Positions 5,678 through 11,867 of a stretch of DNA of 11,867 nucleotides are shown here, piece by piece. The notes below the pieces were generated by a model that saw only the letters and a list, made by a program, of their open reading frames with translations, did not search any database and had not been told where the DNA came from. The position numbers and the translations under genes are program-made. Within the stretch, counting starts at the first letter, position 1. Each line of letters begins with the position of its first letter. Source of the stretch: Oligoflexales bacterium (lineage in GTDB: Bacteria > Bdellovibrionota_B > Oligoflexia > Oligoflexales > RGVZ01). The stretch covers positions 1 through 11,867 of the forward strand of contig JBIIGV010000089.1 in assembly GCA_044236265.1 (NCBI GenBank). Direction: 5' to 3'.

Positions 5678-7351
5678 CTATGGTTGCTCAAAACACCCTT
5701 GTTCATCAAAGGTCAGTTCAATTCCATCACGGCTATCGATAAGTTCACGATTCACCGATCCTTTAACACAGATTGGAAAAGATGATTTCAAAACAGTCGC
5801 TCGACGAATCCTGCGCTCTTCATCAAAGGTAATTTTTGAACCGTTTTTTATCATGATTCGCTCATTTACAAGTGATCTCGGTCCGGGAACCCATAGTCCG
5901 GATTCAACTTCTGAGCTTTTGAGGCGAACCGTCATAAAAGGATTAGGAGCTCGCTCCACAGATTTAATATTTAATTCTCGAGGCTCGATATAGTTGAATA
6001 AATCGGCCACACAATCTTTCAAGAAAATCGTAGATTCGGTCAGCTTTTCGATCTGGCACGGGGAATTTTGGTGCTTACTAATAAAAGTCAGGCTATTTTG
6101 ACCATATTGGGAGGGCGTACCGCTTATCAAGCCATTACGTATGGTAACTGCCCAGTTCACGTGAGCTTCAAAATTAAAAAAGCTACTTGTTCCAGACGCC
6201 ACCAAAGGAGGCTCTATATTGGAAAAAAAGGCGTACCCTAGAGACTCCTCGACGATAACTGGATATTTTGGCTCTCTTGGACAATTGAGGTCTTTGTAGC
6301 TATCGTTCCAGCTTGGCGGTCCGAGGTCACTCCCGTTCGCTCTATTATAATGAGGCAATATCGTAAACTTTCTTGCGCCAACGTCTGGTAGACTTAATTC
6401 AAACTCTGCCCCTGGAGGGTCCATTCTAGCCTGTGCAAACGAGAATGCGGTCGCCGTACCATCCCTCAAAAAAAACACCTCACAGGCAACACGAAAAGGC
6501 CCAATCGCTGTCTTTACAAAATCGCCCGGCAGAATATGACCAAATTGTAGGTAGTTTTTGTCGTCCCAGAATGCAAAAGGCTCCTCTAATTTCACTGGCA
6601 GTCTATTAAAACCAGCCCACGGCATTTTCGCTTCGTTTGCGAATAAAAAGTATTCCTCCCGGGTCTTAAATGTATCCACGTAGCGACCAGAGAAAATCTG
6701 CACAATCATTGATCGGGCCCCATGAGAATTGCTCGCGCCCCTCAATGCGGTAAGCTCATAAATCAACTCATGGAGAATAAGAGCTGCCCGATTTGACTCG
6801 GAAAATGCCGGATGCTCAAATGCCAGTTTCCAAAAGTGAAATCTCTTAGGGCTCAATCGGTCAGGAATCCGGGTAAACGCAAGCTGGATGGCCCGACAAT
6901 TACGTGTGGCCGCACGCAGGGGCTCAATATCATTCGTGAGAGGCAGCGGAGTGTCGCTAAGAACAGATTGCTCGAAAAAGTGATCGAGACGCCAATTAAG
7001 GTAGCTCGCAAGCGCCTGATCAAAAGACTGAACCCGTGTACTGACAACGTATCTTGCGAGGGCAATCGCCTGCTCTAGCGGCGTCGAGGCACTAATATCA
7101 TGAGATATTTCGAATGAAAGTGTTCGATCAATCGCGCGAGCTTCAAAGAAATCAAAAATCTCGATAGACGTTACTTTACCTTCGTCCGAACGACACAGAA
7201 CGCCACTTCCCCCATTTCCAACCCGTCCCCCGCTACCAACGTCTTGGTTAAGCTCGGGAGATTCCACACCATTCGACCGGTCCGGGGGGACCCTGTTAGG
7301 TACGCAGGCTACCCAAAATAGGGAAAGTAACAATATTCTAATATGATACAT
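5678..7351 (-). CDS. Lipoprotein with GGxVGNGG-x(4)-C motif and degenerate zincin-like HExxY motif, 557 aa
   Basis: Strong SD (GGGGGAGGGG); lipobox-like LFWVA/C; GGRVGNGGSGVLC; RAALILHELIY. The C-terminal part has loosely repeated 'F-x-x-D/E-G' beta-hairpin segments. It ends 15 nt upstream of the TIGR02147 gene. Confidence 0.75.
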   Translation of the reverse strand: MYHIRILLLSLFWVACVPNRVPPDRSNGVESPELNQDVGSGGRVGNGGSGVLCRSDEGKVTSIEIFDFFEARAIDRTLSFEISHDISASTPLEQAIALARYVVSTRVQSFDQALASYLNWRLDHFFEQSVLSDTPLPLTNDIEPLRAATRNCRAIQLAFTRIPDRLSPKRFHFWKLAFEHPAFSESNRAALILHELIYELTALRGASNSHGARSMIVQIFSGRYVDTFKTREEYFLFANEAKMPWAGFNRLPVKLEEPFAFWDDKNYLQFGHILPGDFVKTAIGPFRVACEVFFLRDGTATAFSFAQARMDPPGAEFELSLPDVGARKFTILPHYNRANGSDLGPPSWNDSYKDLNCPREPKYPVIVEESLGYAFFSNIEPPLVASGTSSFFNFEAHVNWAVTIRNGLISGTPSQYGQNSLTFISKHQNSPCQIEKLTESTIFLKDCVADLFNYIEPRELNIKSVERAPNPFMTVRLKSSEVESGLWVPGPRSLVNERIMIKNGSKITFDEERRIRRATVLKSSFPICVKGSVNRELIDSRDGIELTFDEQGCFEQP

Positions 7352-7561
7352 ACTTGCCCCTCCCCCTTAAGCAGTAGCCGACGTCCTGGAACAGGACTTT
7401 CATCAGTCTTTTTGAGAGGCCAGTTTCTAATCGTTTCGATCATTAAACTCAAGTTATATCAGTTCGGCAAAGCAAGCCTGCCAACTGGCGAAATGGACTT
7501 AATCCTCGAGACTTATTGGATAATTTCGAAAACGGTTACGGCGTCCAGAGGTGAACGTCCC

Positions 7562-7601
7562 CAAGTCGATTGGACTTGATCTTCACTTGAATCGCACTTG
7601 A
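7562..7601. repeat. Three phased ACTTGA direct repeats (11-bp period) plus a CAAGTC/GACTTG inverted repeat; candidate operator
   Basis: ACTTGA at 7574, 7585 and 7596; CAAGTC 7562-7567 pairs with GACTTG 7573-7578. The array is intergenic, upstream of the lipoprotein gene. Confidence 0.5.
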
Positions 7602-7679
7602 GTCATCGGTTTTCGACGGTAGACCGGCGGACCTGATAACAAATAGGGACTCTCGTCTAAACTACAGCGCCTCACTTGT

Positions 7680-8453
7680 TCAGAAAGTGGCTCTGAGACG
7701 GAGTCCGGCAAAAATCATGTCCTGATTTTCAACAAATGTCTGACCCTCGGCTGTTATCGGTAATTGCTGTTTCTGGTAGCCGAATGTGAAGTCCAGGTGT
7801 TTTTTCGTTATCTGAACAAGACCGCCGATATTCATCTTTATTCTTCGACCGAGTTGAATTGACTTTCTGGCAGCAACCTCAACCGTTAAAGGATCCTCAA
7901 TATAACTCTCATTTACGCCCAGCGACTCAACCACGGACGCCTCTGAAAACACAGTTGCGGTCTTGGAAACCTCGTAGCTAGCACCAACGACAGCACCCAA
8001 ACCTCGCGAATTGATTTTCATATAGTCTTTTGCTGGGGACCCCACATCAAGATGGCCATCTTGATCTGTATCTTCAGGGGCACTGACACGAATTTCGGAA
8101 TTGTTTAAGATCAGCCCGCCAAAAAAAGGTAGCCATACATAGCGAAAGCCAATGTCGATTGCTGATGAATCAATGCGTGATCCATTTAGAGGGAATCTAT
8201 AGCTGCCATTCTCAACGTCCAAAATAATAGCCAGCTGTCGGGTTTCTCCCCCAAAAACACCTGCGCGATAATTATGAGTTAAGACTGGCTCATTACTTTC
8301 AACCAATTGGCTTTGATAGACCGTGTAGCCTGCTGAAGCGGTAGCAAAAGCAGATGGATCAGAAGATAACAGATTGGACTCTGCGCAAACTGATTGCTCA
8401 GAAATCAAGCCAAAGATTACAAGCGCCATGGCTGCAGATAGTGATAATCGCAT
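7680..8453 (-). CDS. Outer-membrane beta-barrel protein, 257 aa
   Basis: Start reassigned to ATG 8453 (GGGGG SD). Signal peptide, alternating hydrophobic strands (IDIGFRY, VVGASYEV, LDFTFGYQ) and a C-terminal BAM beta-signal-like IFAGLRLRATF. A loop carries DTDQDGHLD. Confidence 0.8.
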   Translation of the reverse strand: MRLSLSAAMALVIFGLISEQSVCAESNLLSSDPSAFATASAGYTVYQSQLVESNEPVLTHNYRAGVFGGETRQLAIILDVENGSYRFPLNGSRIDSSAIDIGFRYVWLPFFGGLILNNSEIRVSAPEDTDQDGHLDVGSPAKDYMKINSRGLGAVVGASYEVSKTATVFSEASVVESLGVNESYIEDPLTVEVAARKSIQLGRRIKMNIGGLVQITKKHLDFTFGYQKQQLPITAEGQTFVENQDMIFAGLRLRATF

Positions 8454-8491
8454 AATGATTCCCCCAACCGAAACCGATTCAAAGTACCCAT

Positions 8492-8518
8492 TGATCGGCT
8501 TCGTCAAATAAAACTTAA
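8492..8518 (-). promoter_or_regulatory. Sigma28 (FliA)-type promoter for the OMP gene
   Basis: The minus strand reads TTAAGTTT-N11-GCCGATCA, a 7/8 plus 7/8 match to TAAAGTTT-N11-GCCGATAA, 38 nt upstream of ATG 8453. Confidence 0.75.
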
Positions 8519-8520
8519 GC

Positions 8521-8675
8521 TGACATGTAAGTCATGGATTGTCGCAGCCAGGTAATTATGACTGGATCGATTTTCAGTCAATTTTCATTGTCCTTGATTT
8601 GCAAAGACGCAATAAAGCATTACTTGTAGGTAACACTGGATGTCTAACCCACACCATCCGTGACTTGCAGGTCAC
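8521..8675. promoter_or_regulatory. Two TGAC-N6-GTCA dyads (8521-8534 and 8661-8674) and a TGACTG-N10-CAGTCA inverted repeat (8559-8580) in the divergent intergenic region
   Basis: Read directly from the sequence: TGACATGTAAGTCA and GTGACTTGCAGGTCAC, 140 bp apart. Confidence 0.4.
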
Positions 8676-8944
8676 TTTGCAATGGGAATGCAAATATTTA
8701 AAACTTTTCTTTTGTACACATATCTCGTCAAATACAGTGTATGAAGTCGTTCTGTGGAAACAGAAAACTGCTACAAATTCAAAATTTTTTTTCTGATGAT
8801 GCTTGATGTCATTTGTCATTCGCCAAGCTGTTTTCGCTAACACCTTATAATCATCCACAATTTACAAAACGCTTCAAGCGTGACTCATCCCAAACCGAGT
8901 TTCCTCGTACTTTGAAATTAAATAACATATTTAGGGTAGGCATT

Positions 8945-10051
8945 ATGGGCGTCTTAAGAGAAATAGCTTTTTCCAGTTTGATGTTGCTTGCTCTCGCAAG
9001 CTGCGGCGGACAAGGTTCAAAGGGCGAAGCCGACTCCACTCCTCAAAATTCCAGCAACATCAATCCTACTGGTGCCAACTCAAATACACCACCAAAGGCA
9101 CCTGTAGACACAATACCGTCTTCGCCATCGCCTACAACTCCTTCCGGACCTGTTTCTCCCCGTGGGAAAATTTATTTGGCATCAGCCGCAACTCAGACAA
9201 TTTCCGCTTACACTTCAGATGGAACCTTTATAAATTTCATCGATCTCACACGGTTCGGACCTGGGTTTGTGACGGCCATGACCTGGCTTGATAGCTCTAC
9301 GCTCCTAGCGTTCTTTGACCCTGGAAGTCAGGGCGAAAAGATCATGAAAGTCTCATTTACCGCCGACTCCGTTTCATCAATCGATGCAGACTGGTATAAG
9401 GATATCAATTTATCGTTGGTCAGCGTTCCAAAACTATTTAGTCAAGGATTTGCTAGCTCCCCGTTGGTTTTGATTGCGAAGATGTCAGCATCTTTAGAGG
9501 CCATCTCTACGGACGCTTCATTTTCTCGCGCAGTACGATCAGGAAGTCCTCACTTGATGTCTTCATCGAATTGTCCCTTGGCGGGTAACTCCTATGTAAC
9601 TAGGAACTCCACAGGTGACCGTATGATTCTCGGTAACTCTAGCTCGACAACCCCAAGACTGAATGTTTACGACCACAAAAATGTTTGTCTCAGCTCATAT
9701 AATTTTGGATCAAGTTTTCCGGCTCTGTCTTCCGCTTCTGTCGCGGGCATCGTAGCATCCAACGAGTCCGTTTTTGTCAGGTACAGCCATTCAACAAACC
9801 CAGTTTTAGTAAAGTGTGCCTTTGACGGTACTACTATATCTTCATGCTTTGATTTAATTGGCGAGACATCTGTCCTTGGTCTTAATAGGAGCAGTAAAGA
9901 ATTGATTGCTGGTACTGAGCCTGATTCCCTGTTGGCGCCAAACTGGGACACAGGAACCATCATGCAAATAAACGGCATAACAGGACAATCCACTGCGTTA
10001 ATCCGGGATATCTTCTCGTCTAAAGTAAATAGCATCAGCATCAGACCATAA
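8945..10051 (+). CDS. Lipoprotein with Pro/Ser/Thr-rich tether and probable beta-propeller domain, 368 aa
   Basis: Start reassigned to ATG 8945 (AGGGTAGG upstream). Lipobox LALAS/CGG, a low-complexity P/S/T/N linker, then blade-like repeats (KIYLAS...ISAYTSDGTF, LLAPNWDTGTIMQINGITG, VNSISIRP) and four further Cys. Confidence 0.75.
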   Translation: MGVLREIAFSSLMLLALASCGGQGSKGEADSTPQNSSNINPTGANSNTPPKAPVDTIPSSPSPTTPSGPVSPRGKIYLASAATQTISAYTSDGTFINFIDLTRFGPGFVTAMTWLDSSTLLAFFDPGSQGEKIMKVSFTADSVSSIDADWYKDINLSLVSVPKLFSQGFASSPLVLIAKMSASLEAISTDASFSRAVRSGSPHLMSSSNCPLAGNSYVTRNSTGDRMILGNSSSTTPRLNVYDHKNVCLSSYNFGSSFPALSSASVAGIVASNESVFVRYSHSTNPVLVKCAFDGTTISSCFDLIGETSVLGLNRSSKELIAGTEPDSLLAPNWDTGTIMQINGITGQSTALIRDIFSSKVNSISIRP

Positions 10052-10073
10052 ATCGTTATTTTTCAAACAGAAC

Positions 10074-10092
10074 GTTGAGTTAAGCGCTCAAC
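10074..10092. terminator. Weak hairpin between convergent genes
   Basis: GTTGAG(T)-TAAGC-(G)CTCAAC stem-loop between the stops at 10051 and 10132, with no clear U-tract. Confidence 0.25.
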
Positions 10093-10131
10093 TATACCGC
10101 TGCTGATGTCGACTCTGGATAGTTCAGGATG

Positions 10132-10668
10132 TCATAGAAGGAAGTCGACCCTCTCGTCAAAAGACTCCCGCGGTAATTGCCCGTCAAAAATAAAGGGTGG
10201 AAATACAGCACCAGCGGTAAAGACCAGGCTCTTACGATGCTCATGCAGCCAACGGTCGTAGTAGCCTCCTCCGAAACCCAAGCGGAATCCAGAACGATCA
10301 ATAGCAAGTGCAGGAATCACAGCTACGTCACCAGATTTTGGAAAGACAGGATGCGTCAGTTCCAGAGGCTCTAAGATACCAAATGGTCCCCTGGTTACAG
10401 GATCCCCAGGACTCCATAAAAAGAAGTCCATACACCCCTTCCCCACCACCTTTGGTACCGCGATTTGTGCTCGCGCGCTCCGCATAAAATCTAGGAGATC
10501 TGGCTCCCCTGGAGTGGGAAGATAGGCAAACAGGACGCCGTTAAAACTGGCTTGCATAAGTCGTAGACGTAAGCACTCAGCCAACCGCTCGGACCATAAC
10601 TTGGCGTCTTCCGAGGAAATCGTGCGGCGCATTGATCGATAATGTATTCTTAGAGCAGACTTATCCAT
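10132..10668 (-). CDS. ygfA: 5-formyltetrahydrofolate cyclo-ligase, 178 aa
   Basis: N-terminal KSALR...RR, AYLP..GEPD, VPKV, PFGILEP, the signature IPALAIDRSGFRLGFGGGYYDRWL, and C-terminal PRESFDERVD. Confidence 0.95.
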   Translation of the reverse strand: MDKSALRIHYRSMRRTISSEDAKLWSERLAECLRLRLMQASFNGVLFAYLPTPGEPDLLDFMRSARAQIAVPKVVGKGCMDFFLWSPGDPVTRGPFGILEPLELTHPVFPKSGDVAVIPALAIDRSGFRLGFGGGYYDRWLHEHRKSLVFTAGAVFPPFIFDGQLPRESFDERVDFLL

Positions 10669-10728
10669 GTAGCCGACACTCTGTCATGGCTTGGCGACGC
10701 AAGTCAAAAAAAAAGGAATCTTCCAGAT

Positions 10729-10759
10729 AAAAAAAGCCACCGGATAATCCGATGGCTTT
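10729..10759 (-). terminator. Rho-independent terminator of the 10779..11756 gene
   Basis: The minus strand forms AAAGCCAUCGGA-UUA-UCCGGUGGCUUU running into a U-tract, about 20 nt after the stop codon. Confidence 0.85.
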
Positions 10760-10778
10760 GTCTTTAGAGATCGACGAA

Positions 10779-11756
10779 TTACTGAACAGTGATCGCAATT
10801 GGTTGTGTAAACTCCCAACGCCCAGAAACTTCCGAGAAAGCTCCCAATCGCACATTATACTGTCCGGCTGGCACACCATTTAGTTGAACCTGAGAGCCTG
10901 CGCTTGAAAATTTGAATTGAGGATTAGACCAATCATCACCTTGATTCAATTCAACGCGGTAGTACGCAACACCCTTATCTTCTGTCCAGGATACGACTCC
11001 ACCTGTACCAGCGATTGAAGCTCCGGCAGCAGGAGCAGTAAGAGCCACATTACGGCGAACCGGGGGATTGACTGAGAAAGAGCGAACCTCACTTGCCCCA
11101 CCCTCAGACTCTACTTTCCAGAACCATTGGCCTGGCCATGGGTGATGGAATGCGTAGGAAGACCCGCTGACCTTAACGCGCATGACTTCGGGCTGCATGC
11201 TGTTGTGGCGCGAGAAAACAATAGTTCCTGGGCCACCATTCCAAGTGAAAGACGCCGAGCCTTGGGTTTCGTCATAGTTGAGAGATGCGCCATTTTCTGG
11301 AGCAGTCAAGCTAATAGAGCCGGTCGCTGCAGGTTGCGCAGCAGCATCAGCAGGAGCAGCAGCATCAGCCGGTGCCGCGGCATCTGTAGGCGCAGCCGCA
11401 TCAGTCGCAGCAGCGTCTTCTTTCTTCTCACCAGCACCAGTCTCTGTATCTTCTCCAACCTCTTCTGCAGCTTCGTCAACAGCAGTCTCTGTGTCTGCCG
11501 CCTCATCACCACTAAGAAGGACCCATCCCAACACAAGCACAACTACAGCAACAACACCGTAAATGATGTACTTTTTATTGTTGGATCCACCAAAGCTTCC
11601 GTCCTTAAAAATCTGGGATACCGCATTGGTGTTAGTTCCAAAGTTACTCGTGAACTCACCCTTCAAATCCGCAGTAAAGGGATTACTCTGAGTGCCAGTT
11701 GCCGGCTGAGAATTGAAAGTATTATTATTATTGGGCTGATTTGGCGCGGAGTTCAT
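10779..11756 (-). CDS. Single-pass membrane protein with acidic/Ala-Pro linker and two C-terminal Fn3/Ig-like domains, 325 aa
   Basis: AGGAG SD. N/Q/T-rich N-tail, KK before the TM helix YIIYGVVAVVVLVLGWVLL, a D/E/A-rich linker, then two domains each starting LTAP..GAS and carrying (F/V)xW and GQ(W/Y)xxx(V/L) strands. Confidence 0.85.
   Translation of the reverse strand: MNSAPNQPNNNNTFNSQPATGTQSNPFTADLKGEFTSNFGTNTNAVSQIFKDGSFGGSNNKKYIIYGVVAVVVLVLGWVLLSGDEAADTETAVDEAAEEVGEDTETGAGEKKEDAAATDAAAPTDAAAPADAAAPADAAAQPAATGSISLTAPENGASLNYDETQGSASFTWNGGPGTIVFSRHNSMQPEVMRVKVSGSSYAFHHPWPGQWFWKVESEGGASEVRSFSVNPPVRRNVALTAPAAGASIAGTGGVVSWTEDKGVAYYRVELNQGDDWSNPQFKFSSAGSQVQLNGVPAGQYNVRLGAFSEVSGRWEFTQPIAITVQ
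11337..11417 (-). repeat. In-frame degenerate 18-nt tandem repeat encoding (A/P)(T/A)DAAA, about 4.5 copies
   Basis: The protein reads DAAATDAAAPTDAAAPADAAAPADAAA. DNA units include cgcagcagcatcagcagg and agcagcagcatcagccgg. Confidence 0.8.
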
Positions 11757-11813
11757 AACTCTACTCTCCTCGATAGTTGAAGCGACGGCTGGATGAGCTT
11801 ATGTCTACCTGTA

Positions 11814-11843
11814 ATTATAGCGGGTGATACAGACGCAAATCAA
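11814..11843 (-). promoter_or_regulatory. Putative sigma70 promoter for the 325-aa membrane protein
   Basis: The minus strand reads TTGATT-N18-TATAAT, 57 nt upstream of ATG 11756. Confidence 0.5.
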
Positions 11844-11867
11844 GAAACCCGGTCACAATTTTGCGCA

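Noticed and set aside
7467..7484. Sigma54-like TGGCA...TTGC on the minus strand
   Set aside because: The GG-to-GC spacing is wrong for both candidate TTGC boxes. The TGGCA near 4712-4716 also lacks the -12 GC.
8539..8858. ORFs 8539..8796 (+) and 8574..8858 (-)
   Set aside because: They overlap each other in an AT-rich regulatory region, with no convincing SD or recognisable protein features.
10669..10778. 6S RNA (ssrS), which is often found upstream of ygfA
   Set aside because: The gap is only 110 nt and is largely taken up by the upstream gene's terminator. It is too short for a ~180-nt 6S RNA and shows no long rod-like pairing.
11337..11417. CRISPR or mobile repeat
   Set aside because: The units are adjacent in-frame 18-mers with synonymous variation and no spacers, so this is a protein linker repeat.
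11111..11780. ORFs 11127..11780 (+), 11278..11562 (+), 11306..11542 (-) and 11111..11293 (-)
   Set aside because: These are shadow or alternate frames of the Ala-rich repeat-containing gene on the minus strand.

Overview
Bacterial genomic DNA, probably from a Bdellovibrionota/Oligoflexia-like organism. That assignment is inferred from a TIGR02147-type HTH gene lying next to a 'GGxxGNGG...HExxY' secreted-protein gene. The window is dominated by cell-envelope genes. The most notable feature is the left 4.7 kb, which looks like a highly divergent chaperone-usher-like fimbrial locus. After the tail of a probable PilZ-domain gene, a tightly packed + strand operon encodes a pilin-like protein, a small Ig-like secreted protein, a short (553 aa) usher-like protein with a CnaB-like domain, a tandem two-domain pilin/adhesin and a PapD-like chaperone candidate. 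A third pilin paralog, the probable major subunit, lies convergently on the - strand with its own sigma28-like promoter. The three pilin-like proteins share a clear motif set: an N-terminal (L/I)x(V/F)xG(T/F)(I/V)xxxPxW, then FDG, CxIG, GxVxC and a terminal YxY. The rest of the window holds a TIGR02147 regulator, a GNGG/HExxY lipoprotein, a beta-barrel OMP with a DxDxDG loop and a near-consensus sigma28 promoter, a beta-propeller-like lipoprotein, 5-formyltetrahydrofolate cyclo-ligase, and a membrane-anchored tandem Fn3/Ig-like protein followed by an intrinsic terminator. No rRNA, tRNA, CRISPR array or mobile element was seen. All family calls come from motif recognition by eye; no database search was run.
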